Virus record (IMG/VR): IMGVR_UViG_3300009314_000010
Span: 1-62,614 of that record
Length of the DNA: 62,614 bases
From: a virus
Lineage: Duplodnaviria > Caudoviricetes
Reading direction: 5' to 3' (one strand)
Shown here: positions 36,400 through 45,439 of the stretch, piece by piece
Layout of the letters: each line of letters begins with the position of its first letter
Numbering within the stretch: position 1 is the stretch's first letter
Position numbers and translations under genes: made by a program
The notes under the pieces: model-generated
The model's input: only the letters and a program-made list of their open reading frames with translations
Database searches by the model: none
What the model was told of the DNA's origin: nothing

Positions 36400-37229
36400 T
36401 CCCTGTAGAGTGTCCAATCAACCGTTAAAGATTCAATCCCCAACCGCTTGAGCACCTTTTTGTACTGGTCCTTATAGCGCTCAACCATTACATCGAGCCA
36501 GTTTTCCAAGTCCTCATAATCAGCTTCTCCGCCCTCATCGGCCTTTTTTGCTCGGTCATCAACATAGCTCATTGTCAATCTAAAAGCCGTGTGGGGATGC
36601 ACTCCGAATTGCTGCAAGTATTCAAGTGTGCCAAGACCCAAGCGTCCGTTGTTCATTATATCACGATAAGCATGAAGGAATGCCATTCTCAAATGAAATC
36701 GAACCTCCATATCCTCCATGTCTTGTTCGTCCCACTTTTCGGGGATGTTGTTGTTTCTACAAACTTGAAGATAAACGTCTTGATACATTGCCAACTGCTT
36801 CAATGCGCCTTCAAGATAAATGGCCTGGTCTTCAATGTCGCTCTTTAATTTAGCCACTTTTAAGGCTAACAGTTCTTTATCAAATCCATCTTTTGGCTTT
36901 TGCACTTTTGCTTTTTCAAGAAAGATTTTCTTTCTTTCCATTCTAAACATATTATCCTTAACAGCAATCCGCTTGTTCTCGATCTGAGCAAGGCACTGTC
37001 TCAGGACACGATACGGAGAGGTATCAGCAAGCATCGTCAAGGTCATTAAAATGCCTTGAGTTTGGGTGTTCTTTTTGCCATGAATACGATTAGCTCGGTA
37101 GACCTCGGGCATCCTCTCTGCGATTGTCTCAAGTGCCCTATCATCAAGGGTATGGAACAACCTTCTATCGTCCGATGAAAGAATTTTATCTAATTGCCTT
37201 GTTGTGTTGTTTGCTACTAAATCATTCAT
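36396..37229 (-). CDS. Helical/coiled-coil hypothetical protein
   Basis: 277 aa, AT-rich; SPYRVLRQCLAQIE motif. Confidence 0.7.
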   Translation of the reverse strand: MNDLVANNTTRQLDKILSSDDRRLFHTLDDRALETIAERMPEVYRANRIHGKKNTQTQGILMTLTMLADTSPYRVLRQCLAQIENKRIAVKDNMFRMERKKIFLEKAKVQKPKDGFDKELLALKVAKLKSDIEDQAIYLEGALKQLAMYQDVYLQVCRNNNIPEKWDEQDMEDMEVRFHLRMAFLHAYRDIMNNGRLGLGTLEYLQQFGVHPHTAFRLTMSYVDDRAKKADEGGEADYEDLENWLDVMVERYKDQYKKVLKRLGIESLTVDWTLYRE

Positions 37230-37231
37230 TT

Positions 37232-38155
37232 TTAATTGCCCGACTCCCCTTCCGGTGCATTTGTTGTGTTTACAAGATCGCCAAAATCGCTTGCATCACC
37301 TGTTGTTGTGAAAACCACATAATCCATTACGTTTCCTGTCTGACCACCAGCCATGACATAATTGGTGCCATTTGACATATCGGCACGGTAATTGACCGAT
37401 ATGGTTGAGTCGCCAAAATTTGTAGCATTCCCTGTGGTTGAAATCGTAATGTACTCAATGGTATTATTCCCTGCTGCCCCATAAGGACCGCTAAAAATTC
37501 CCCTATCACTTTCGCCATTGGACTTTGATGCCCAATTGTAGCTGAGAACTATGCAATCACCATAATCAGTTGCGTTTCCAGTCGTTGCAATCGTAATGTA
37601 ATCGATCACGTTTTTGCCAGCACCATTCCATGGTTCACCGTAGTAGCCTGGGCCAAAACAACCTCTCGTTCCATTAGAACATGCCTTTGATCGAGTTCTT
37701 GCTATAGTTAAATCGCCAAAATCTGTGGCATTTCCTGTAGTGTCGAGTGTAATATAATCAATTACATTAGTATAACCTCCACCGCCTCCCATTACTCCTC
37801 GTGTTCCATTAGATGTTCCTCCAATATTTGCAATACCTCCTCCAACAGTACGATCTCCAAAGTCGGTCCCATTTCCTAACGTCGACACGGTAAAATATTC
37901 AATAACATTAGTTTGGGTAACGTTATTTTGTCCTCCACCAATAGTAATTCTTGTTCCATTTGTGCATGGACCAAAACCATATTTCAGTTCAGTCATATCA
38001 CCAAAATCAGAGGAGTTTCCGGTTGAAGATAAAGCTACATAATCAATGTTATTATTATAAGTAGTACCGGCACTGAGAATTAATCCCCTATTGCCATAAA
38101 GAATATCAGCATCCCTTCCTGCTGCAGCCATTAACATTTTTCGTATAGAAATCAC
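37232..38155 (-). CDS. Repeat (beta-propeller-like) protein, candidate receptor-binding protein
   Basis: About six repeats of (N/T)xI(D/E)YxTxxTxGNAxDFGD; directly downstream of a fibre gene. Confidence 0.7.
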   Translation of the reverse strand: MISIRKMLMAAAGRDADILYGNRGLILSAGTTYNNNIDYVALSSTGNSSDFGDMTELKYGFGPCTNGTRITIGGGQNNVTQTNVIEYFTVSTLGNGTDFGDRTVGGGIANIGGTSNGTRGVMGGGGGYTNVIDYITLDTTGNATDFGDLTIARTRSKACSNGTRGCFGPGYYGEPWNGAGKNVIDYITIATTGNATDYGDCIVLSYNWASKSNGESDRGIFSGPYGAAGNNTIEYITISTTGNATNFGDSTISVNYRADMSNGTNYVMAGGQTGNVMDYVVFTTTGDASDFGDLVNTTNAPEGESGN

Positions 38156-38165
38156 TGTAAACTCC

Positions 38166-39143
38166 TTATTTCATATCGAGTGTTGCGACGAAACCATTCC
38201 AGATCGTGCCACCATCGATGGTCGTAAACACCAAAACGTCAACGCCGGACGCAGTAAGGCTTGGCGCTGAACCATCCTCCCAATCTACACTCGCAGGCCA
38301 ATTGACGGTTTGGCTGCCGCCATTGGTGAGGTAGAGAACAAAGCCGCATTCCTCGTCAGAGGCGGTAGGGTTCGAAAAGGTAAAGGTCTGTGCTCCGGTT
38401 GAAACCGTTGCGGAAACCACGTTTCCGTCTTCAAGGTCAATATCATCGGTACCACCGCCCAAATCTCCCAGGGCATTGGTGATGACTCCGCAATCCTTGA
38501 AATTGGCTCTCTGAATGGTTTGATCCGCCGCATTCAGGGTTGATTCGAGAGTGTACGGATCTTTGAAAACATACCCGTCTTCGGTGGCGTTTACCTGCAG
38601 GCGCTTCCCCGCATCCCCACCACTGATAGTGGGGAATATGGCCGCGCTGGCCGCTGCGGCCGCTGCGCTTACCGCGGCTGCCGCCGCGCTGGCGGCTGCT
38701 GCAACCTGGGAGGCCGCTGCCGCGGTCGCCGCCGCAAGAGCGTTCGGACCGATATGGAAAAAACCGGTGGAAGTGCTGTATCTCATTGCGATCGGGACAC
38801 CGGCGATTATGTCGTCCGCCTCAAGAGCGGCGCTGTCCTGTCTGCGGATAGCCTTTACGCCCAGGGAGTCAACATTTATTGTCGAGGCCCCGGTGTTGTT
38901 GTTGAGCGGTCGCATAACCACCAGGAGGCCGTCGTTATAGGCGGTTGCGGTCTGGGGCAGTGCCACCAGGTAGGCGTCTGCCGCCCCCGTATCAACTGCG
39001 AAATTGACCGTGCCGTCGTCTATGTTGGCATTCGTCGGCAAAAGCGCAAAGGCCGCCGCTATGGCCGCATCCAGGGTGTTTACAGAAGACGCCTGCGCAA
39101 GAGACAGTTCCGTTTGGTCTGCAGGGCTATTAAATGTACTCAT
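38166..39143 (-). CDS. Tail fibre / fibre-adaptor protein
   Basis: N-terminal DTGAADAY...NTGASTINV...I fibre anchor; Ala-rich stalk; C-terminal VNWPASVDW domain. Confidence 0.8.
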   Translation of the reverse strand: MSTFNSPADQTELSLAQASSVNTLDAAIAAAFALLPTNANIDDGTVNFAVDTGAADAYLVALPQTATAYNDGLLVVMRPLNNNTGASTINVDSLGVKAIRRQDSAALEADDIIAGVPIAMRYSTSTGFFHIGPNALAAATAAAASQVAAAASAAAAAVSAAAAAASAAIFPTISGGDAGKRLQVNATEDGYVFKDPYTLESTLNAADQTIQRANFKDCGVITNALGDLGGGTDDIDLEDGNVVSATVSTGAQTFTFSNPTASDEECGFVLYLTNGGSQTVNWPASVDWEDGSAPSLTASGVDVLVFTTIDGGTIWNGFVATLDMK

Positions 39144-41206
39144 CTGACCAATCTCCTTGGAGTATAGTGAACAATAGTCCCGTCCAGCGTGTGGCCAAGG
39201 TCTATTTGCGATTTGCTATAAATGGTTAGGCTCATGTTAATGCCGTCGCCGGAAATGGGAAAAGAAGCGTTTGGCGCCACATCGGCATCCCAAAAAAACT
39301 CGCTCCAATTTGCCAAGCCCCAATATCCGCCACCCAATTGAGACGCAATCGTCTCCGCTGCATGCGCATCGATCGTAGAATCTCCGTAGGAAAACATCGG
39401 GTTGTACCGAAGGCTGGTATATCCGCTGACGGTTAGCTCGAAAACGGCCCTGCGGTAGGTCTTCAGGACCGTTGGGGATTTCGAATTGTTAAAAGGCAGG
39501 AAGCAATATGCTTCGATATCATCGCCATCAAAGGAGCTGCCCTTGTCAGCCTGGTAAACCATCCCCTGGTCAGACCCGAAGAAAACGACATCTTTTCCGG
39601 TCGAATCCTCCCCGGTAACGGTGCAGGCGACATAATCCGGGTATTTGAATTGGGTGAATTGATAGATCGGTCCATACCGCCCCTTGCTGACCGTCATACA
39701 GATCCCGGTACCGTCACTCCCATAAAGGCGATATTGATTCTTGGACCTGTGAACGGAAGAGGCAATCGCAACGCTGCGCATGGCGTCCATTCTAACCTGA
39801 ATGCGCCGGCTTATGGTGGCAATATCAAAGTTACCATATTCCTGAACCCTTGAAAGCTCGATGATCCCCCGATCGTCAAGGGCGTAGGACTTTCCAATAT
39901 TCTGGATCGTCCACGCAATAGCCCCGGTTTCGTCGCTCACGTCGTCTAAAACAAAGTCTGAGGTATCGTTTCCGGTGAGCTGGTGGGTTGAATTTCGGGA
40001 ATAGATCGCAAGCGCCCTGGCCTGGCGGGCATACCCGGTAACATCATCACCAATCGCCAATTCCGCAGCGCCCAAAACCGCGGACCAGACATAAGGTGTG
40101 CCTGTGCCCGAGTTTTGGGAAGATCCCTTAAAAGAGAAAATAAGGTGTTCTTTGTAGACAGCGACATGCTCGGGCGTGTCCGAGGCCATGCCCGTGTCGA
40201 TCGGGGCATAGACGGTTCCGTCAAACTCAAAGCCCCTGTTTACACCGTCACACCCGTAAATGCGCTTTGTGTCGGTCGACCCGGTAAAATTGTGGACCAC
40301 GAATTCATATCTGCCGCCGACCGTTATGGTGATCGCGGACAGGGTGGAAGTTGACGTTGCCCTGGTCGTACCGCCGACTTGAAGGTCGTTGGTATTATTA
40401 AAGGTCCCGGTTATATTTGAAAGAATCAATCGTCCTGCAGCATCGCTACCAGCCCAAGTGCCAGACTCCAAAACAACCCGCTGGACAACCCCTGTGGCCC
40501 CGGACACGAGCTGTGTCACGGTGTCGCCCTCAGCGATCCCGGCCGGCTGCCCGGTGTCGAAGCTGAGCTCATTATGCAGTGTGATTGCCGACCACCCGGA
40601 AGAGGTCGCTTTATAGATCAGCCCGGCCGTTCCGCCGGCGTTATCCCTGAAACAATAAAGGGTGCCGTCCAAAAGCGCCAGGCCCCGGATCGCCCCGCTT
40701 CCGGTCGGTGCCGCGATATCAGACCTGTATTGATCGGCCGCCAAATTCATGGCCGTTGCATGCAAAAGGGCCGTTGTTTCGCCTTTTTCGACCTGGGCCG
40801 CGTTAAAGGTGCCCTTATCGACCCCGCCAACGGTATAAACCTCGTCGTCGTTGAAATCAGCCGAGAGCTTCGTCACGTTGATATAATCATCCCCGACAAC
40901 GACAACCACGGCGGTTTCGCCGCTATCAGCTCCCGTTATCGTATCGCCGACGCTCGGACCGCCACCGGTAAAGGAACAGGGGCAACGATAATAAGTCGCG
41001 TCCGAGGGTGCCGCCTGGCCGTCGTACCGCTCATACCCGGCCGGCCGCTCGTAACCGCCCTCGGTCCCGGCCATGTAATTCATGCCGGCGATCAGCGCCC
41101 CAGGGTCTATCGACAAAGATGGCGATTCAAGATCCAGGCCGCCGAAAAAACGAGTGTATTCCGTCTTAACCTCGGGCCAGCTTCTTTTTTTTCTTCTTCG
41201 CCGCAT
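39140..41206 (-). CDS. Tail tubular/nozzle protein (T7 gp12 / P22 gp10-like)
   Basis: Start at MRRRRKK (TAATG overlap); FFGGL N-terminal motif; ~690 aa beta-rich; follows the adaptor gene. Confidence 0.7.
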   Translation of the reverse strand: MRRRRKKRSWPEVKTEYTRFFGGLDLESPSLSIDPGALIAGMNYMAGTEGGYERPAGYERYDGQAAPSDATYYRCPCSFTGGGPSVGDTITGADSGETAVVVVVGDDYINVTKLSADFNDDEVYTVGGVDKGTFNAAQVEKGETTALLHATAMNLAADQYRSDIAAPTGSGAIRGLALLDGTLYCFRDNAGGTAGLIYKATSSGWSAITLHNELSFDTGQPAGIAEGDTVTQLVSGATGVVQRVVLESGTWAGSDAAGRLILSNITGTFNNTNDLQVGGTTRATSTSTLSAITITVGGRYEFVVHNFTGSTDTKRIYGCDGVNRGFEFDGTVYAPIDTGMASDTPEHVAVYKEHLIFSFKGSSQNSGTGTPYVWSAVLGAAELAIGDDVTGYARQARALAIYSRNSTHQLTGNDTSDFVLDDVSDETGAIAWTIQNIGKSYALDDRGIIELSRVQEYGNFDIATISRRIQVRMDAMRSVAIASSVHRSKNQYRLYGSDGTGICMTVSKGRYGPIYQFTQFKYPDYVACTVTGEDSTGKDVVFFGSDQGMVYQADKGSSFDGDDIEAYCFLPFNNSKSPTVLKTYRRAVFELTVSGYTSLRYNPMFSYGDSTIDAHAAETIASQLGGGYWGLANWSEFFWDADVAPNASFPISGDGINMSLTIYSKSQIDLGHTLDGTIVHYTPRRLVR

Positions 41207-41883
41207 TATGCAAGTGGCTCCCCGTATCCAACCTCTTCGAGCTGGTCGAGTTCCAGCCTTCGCATCAGCCGATTGAATTCGTCCTCCCCCTTCTCGTACT
41301 TCTCTGGGGCGGCCGCGTAATCGCCATAATACATAAGCCCGCGCCAAACCGCCGCCATGTGAAACCGCGCCGGATACTGAGGCGTGTTCGCATCGGCTGT
41401 CATGGTTACGGCGGTCTTGTAGTATTCCCCGTCAACGGTCAAAAGTGCGGAGTTCGGTGTCGGCCAGAACATCAGGGAGTTATTCGGCTTTATCGAAACG
41501 ATTGAAGGCCGCTCCTCTTGCGTTCGACTCGCCCCGAACATATACCCCGCCCGGAATTCATCCCAATCGACGTATTCCAGATAGGATTCATTGCTTGGGG
41601 TAAGCGTTGTATAGACCCGGATATCCCTTTTTATCCAACTGGCAAGGTCCGTAATCGAGACGGACGCGGCGGTATATTCCTGATTGGAGGCGATGGTGAC
41701 AAAATCAAAAGATTCCCTTAAAAATCGCCAGGTGGCATGTTCGTTCTGTATGTCTTCATCGGCTGCGAGGATCCAATCAACGACCCGTTTCATCTCTCCC
41801 GTTTGACCGGTAACGGTGGCCGGCCCGGTCCCCGAGATGCCGGCTTCTTGCCGAAGCCGTTGACACATAGCCAAAAAATTCAC
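41206..41883 (-). CDS. Head-tail adaptor / tail tubular protein A
   Basis: MNFLAMCQRLRQEAG...W.F...FWPTP...PARFH pattern; position downstream of capsid genes. Confidence 0.75.
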   Translation of the reverse strand: MNFLAMCQRLRQEAGISGTGPATVTGQTGEMKRVVDWILAADEDIQNEHATWRFLRESFDFVTIASNQEYTAASVSITDLASWIKRDIRVYTTLTPSNESYLEYVDWDEFRAGYMFGASRTQEERPSIVSIKPNNSLMFWPTPNSALLTVDGEYYKTAVTMTADANTPQYPARFHMAAVWRGLMYYGDYAAAPEKYEKGEDEFNRLMRRLELDQLEEVGYGEPLA

Positions 41884-41895
41884 GGCTCACCCCTT

Positions 41896-42354
41896 TTAGA
41901 TTTGCGGTTGAGCGCGTAGCTTCTCCAACCAACTAATTCCCCTCGCACCAGACGGGTCTTTTAGCAGGGAGAAAGCATGGGTGGGCGCCGCGTTGGGGAT
42001 CATCTGGATGTTTTCCGGTTGTCTCGGATCGGGAACGGCCTGCTGGTAATTAATGACGTGCGAATGCACAAGAGCCTCCACATATTTCCTTTTGACCTTG
42101 ACTTTCTTATCAAGCTCAATCGGCATATTGACACCGTTTACGGTCGGCAATATGACCGGGTTTTCGTCCGGCCTCCCCGACTTGTGTACGACGATAAGAA
42201 GTTCTTCGTGCATAAACTCTTCGAGTTTCTGGGCCGCCTCAATCTCTTCCGGGCTTCCCGTTACATTTTCAATACCTTTGCCGATTCCGACCTCGCCGAG
42301 GCCCTTTGCGACTCCGCTTGCCACACTGTCTACGAGCGTTTCTTTCTCTCCCAT
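41896..42354 (-). CDS. Hypothetical head-module protein
   Basis: 152 aa; VNG...VKVKRKYVEAL motif; GAAAGG RBS. Confidence 0.65.
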   Translation of the reverse strand: MGEKETLVDSVASGVAKGLGEVGIGKGIENVTGSPEEIEAAQKLEEFMHEELLIVVHKSGRPDENPVILPTVNGVNMPIELDKKVKVKRKYVEALVHSHVINYQQAVPDPRQPENIQMIPNAAPTHAFSLLKDPSGARGISWLEKLRAQPQI

Positions 42355-42455
42355 TTCAACTACCTTTCCACCCTGAGAATATTCTGAAGGTGTGCAAACG
42401 GGGGAGGGGGTTCACAGAACCGCCCTGCCCCTTGGTTTGTTATCAAATACCGCGC

Positions 42456-42926
42456 TTACGACGTGAGCGGCGTGTCGGGTGCCGCCATCAGGTCGTAATA
42501 GGTGTCCGTGATCCCGCCTGCGCCAAGATCGGTCGTACCTGCGGTGAACGTGGTCGAGGCATTGGTGTCAACCCGGATCGCCCCGATCGGACAGGTATCC
42601 TCGGCCGGTTCCGGCCATGTGAGCGCCTCTTTTTCGGCGGTGATATCGGCGGTCAGTACCTCATCACCCTTGACGCTTGCCAGGGTCCCGGCCGCGTTCA
42701 GCGTGATCAGATAGATACAGGACGTGGATACCGCCTGGGCGGCGGCCGCGGTCAGGTCCATGTTATCGGTGTCCGCCTTGACATACAAAATGCCGTTGAT
42801 GGCATAGTTGATGTACGTGGTCCCATCGGCCGCAACCGTTTTAACGGTGGCAGCGTTTGTCCCTTCTGCCAAGCCAGCCTTGCCAAGACAAAAAGTTCCG
42901 CCTCTCATTACTTCGCTTAAATTCAT
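42456..42926 (-). CDS. Putative capsid decoration protein
   Basis: Start at MNLSEV behind AAGGA; Thr/Ala-rich; CPIGAI motif; downstream of the capsid gene. Confidence 0.55.
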   Translation of the reverse strand: MNLSEVMRGGTFCLGKAGLAEGTNAATVKTVAADGTTYINYAINGILYVKADTDNMDLTAAAAQAVSTSCIYLITLNAAGTLASVKGDEVLTADITAEKEALTWPEPAEDTCPIGAIRVDTNASTTFTAGTTDLGAGGITDTYYDLMAAPDTPLTS

Positions 42927-42964
42927 GATCTTTTCCTTTTTGTTGTGGGGCCGTAGCCCCGGTT

Positions 42965-43291
42965 TCATTCAACTGGATGTAACGGCGGTTCAACAAATTT
43001 CTCGTAAAGAGAAAAGTGCTCCTCCAGGAGCTTTTCGCTCTCGTTGAGCTTTTTCAGCTCCTTTTTGAGCATCTGGGAAACAACCTCGCCGACCTGGATC
43101 TCTTTGTCTGCGACGACATTATCTTCCCAATTCAACTGCTCTCCTACTTGTTTGAATTTGAGCGCCTTGTTTTCCTTCTCGTCAAAAGAAAGGGCCTCCC
43201 GGGCAACCCGTAAAAGTTTCAGGTTTGCGAAACTGCCCTCCTTGGGGAGAAGGTTCAACATAACCAGCCGTTCCAATACGTTAAACTTCAT
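42965..43291 (-). CDS. Small acidic helical protein (possible fibre chaperone)
   Basis: Start moved to MKFNVLERL behind AGGAGG. Confidence 0.65.
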   Translation of the reverse strand: MKFNVLERLVMLNLLPKEGSFANLKLLRVAREALSFDEKENKALKFKQVGEQLNWEDNVVADKEIQVGEVVSQMLKKELKKLNESEKLLEEHFSLYEKFVEPPLHPVE

Positions 43292-43389
43292 AACAATACC
43301 TCCTGCGGGTATTCCTGGTGGTGGATCGCGGGAAGGCCGGCCAGGGACCGGCCTTATCGGGGCATGCGCCCTATCCCGCAATTTGTTTA

Positions 43390-45369
43390 TTACCCTTTGA
43401 TGTCCAGCAACATTGCCAGACCATCAAGTTCAACGTGAATCGGGTTTGCCCCGCCACTCTCGATTACGCTTGTGGTGATAACCACATTGAGAATGTCGCC
43501 GGCCACAAGACCGGCCGCGGTCACAACGAAATCGCTCGTCTGCCAGGCTGAGGCCCCGGCATAAGTCTGTGCAACTGTCGTGCAAAGATCGGCCCCGATA
43601 GCTCCGTTGCCGTCCTGCTCGAACACTTCGACATCAAGTGTGGATCCGTTGTTCGTACCGGAGCCCAATACGCATCTGTTTTTGATGCGCACCTTGACGT
43701 CCCCGGCCGCCACATACTCGGGCGGTAGAATAAACTGAAAAACAGCCTCGCTGGTTTCGGTCTCGCCTTGCGAAATCTCGCTCTTGAGGTACCAGACGTC
43801 GCTTGACACGACCAAATTAAGCGTCCCGGCTGTTTCGGCTACGACTAACGGAATACCGTCTTCCTGGCGAACGAGCGCCAACGGAATGCCGTAAACGGCA
43901 AGGGCCTCTTCGGTGAGATCGGCTCGCGTGAGCGTTCCCGCTACGGCCTGGCCGGCGGTCATTAAAACGACGCTGGCTGACGCCCCGGCATCAGGAATGG
44001 TTATTGTCCTGGCACCGGCCTGTTGCGCCACATCAATATTGGTTAATGTGTCGCCGGTATTGTCGTTCATGGTGATGGTGGTCGTACCCTTTGAGGATGT
44101 TCCGGGGTAGACGGTGATGGTTCCAGCCGCTCCATCAGCACCGACGCTCAAAGCCCCACTGGAAACGAGGCACTGTGCCGCGCCCGCAAAGATCAGGTCG
44201 TCGGTGGAACGATCCCACTGCACATAAGCGCCGTTGGTATCGCCGTAGAGGATGAAATCAACCCCTTTGCTTCCACCGGCTGCACCCACAGCCAGGGTAC
44301 CGTTGGTATCTCCAGACGGATCCCAGAAAACCCCGCAGCCGGTTGTGTCGCCAAAAAGACTGACAAGGATACCATAGGTATCGGCACCAATAAGCAGCGA
44401 GCCGTTGGTGTCTCCGTCCGCATCCCAGGTCATGGCGTAGCTTGCGGTTGCACCATAGAATATGACGTCATTCCCGGCGCCATCAGCTCCATGGAGAACC
44501 CTGGCGGCCGTACCGACAATACTTAAATCGTCGTCGCTCCGGTTCCAATGGACATAGCAGCCATTGGTGTCTCCGTAGAGTATAAGGTCGACGCCCTTTG
44601 AGCCGCCGGCAGCACCGACTGAAAGCCGGCCGTTGGTATCGTCGCTCGGGTCCCAAAAGACGCCGCAACCAGTTGTATCGCCGTACAGGTTGAACATGAG
44701 ACCGTAGGTGTCTGCGCCGATAAGCACAGACCCATTGGTGTCTCCGTTTGCATCGAACGTGACGACATAGTTCGCCGTGGTCCCGTACCAGAGAAAGTCC
44801 CCTGAAGGAGAGCCGTCCGCACCGATCTGAAGCGCCGCAGTCGAGCACGTACCCAGGATGCTGATCCCGGTCACTCCGGTAAAGCCGGCGGCCAGAGTGA
44901 TCCCGGTGGTGCCGTCGGTGTCAATACTGATTGCCGTGGTGCAGATTCCAGTGGTTCCCGATCGGTCAATGTTGATTCCGGTGGTGACGGTGATACCGTC
45001 GTCAACCGACATCTTGATCCCATCGGTCCAGGCGGCGTCTACATCGAGCAGGATACCGACCGCCTGGTCCGCGGAAATGTGCAGACCGGCAACGGTGTTA
45101 TTACCTGAAATGTGGATACCATCGGCGCAAACGCCGGAAACCAGGATCCCGTCCGCCGAGGCGGTACCTTCTAAAGAGATCATGGTCGTGCCGGTAAAGG
45201 CGCTGGTAATTTGGATACCGGTGGTTCCGTCCAGGTCGAGGACAAGCCCCGTTTTTAGTGTGGGCGGGTCGACATCGACATTGAACAACAAGTCAAATAC
45301 AGCCCGCAGTGAAGCCCTCGCCCGGTTGGACATGGGCATATTATTGATATAACTTTGAATTTTAGGCAT
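43390..45369 (-). CDS. Head-fibre/decoration-like repeat protein
   Basis: Directly after the capsid gene; beta-helix-like repeats then many (Y/F)GDT.G..V.WD...D repeats. Confidence 0.65.
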   Translation of the reverse strand: MPKIQSYINNMPMSNRARASLRAVFDLLFNVDVDPPTLKTGLVLDLDGTTGIQITSAFTGTTMISLEGTASADGILVSGVCADGIHISGNNTVAGLHISADQAVGILLDVDAAWTDGIKMSVDDGITVTTGINIDRSGTTGICTTAISIDTDGTTGITLAAGFTGVTGISILGTCSTAALQIGADGSPSGDFLWYGTTANYVVTFDANGDTNGSVLIGADTYGLMFNLYGDTTGCGVFWDPSDDTNGRLSVGAAGGSKGVDLILYGDTNGCYVHWNRSDDDLSIVGTAARVLHGADGAGNDVIFYGATASYAMTWDADGDTNGSLLIGADTYGILVSLFGDTTGCGVFWDPSGDTNGTLAVGAAGGSKGVDFILYGDTNGAYVQWDRSTDDLIFAGAAQCLVSSGALSVGADGAAGTITVYPGTSSKGTTTITMNDNTGDTLTNIDVAQQAGARTITIPDAGASASVVLMTAGQAVAGTLTRADLTEEALAVYGIPLALVRQEDGIPLVVAETAGTLNLVVSSDVWYLKSEISQGETETSEAVFQFILPPEYVAAGDVKVRIKNRCVLGSGTNNGSTLDVEVFEQDGNGAIGADLCTTVAQTYAGASAWQTSDFVVTAAGLVAGDILNVVITTSVIESGGANPIHVELDGLAMLLDIKG

Positions 45370-45439
45370 TATTTATCTCCATGCCCCGGTGTGCTCACAG
45401 GGTCTTTTTTAAATCAGGGGGGCATGCCCCCCTGCGTCA

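Noticed and set aside
15354-39143. Diversity-generating retroelement TR/VR pair in the duplicated fibre C-termini
   Set aside because: Differences are mostly synonymous and not adenine-specific, both copies are coding, and no reverse transcriptase gene was seen.
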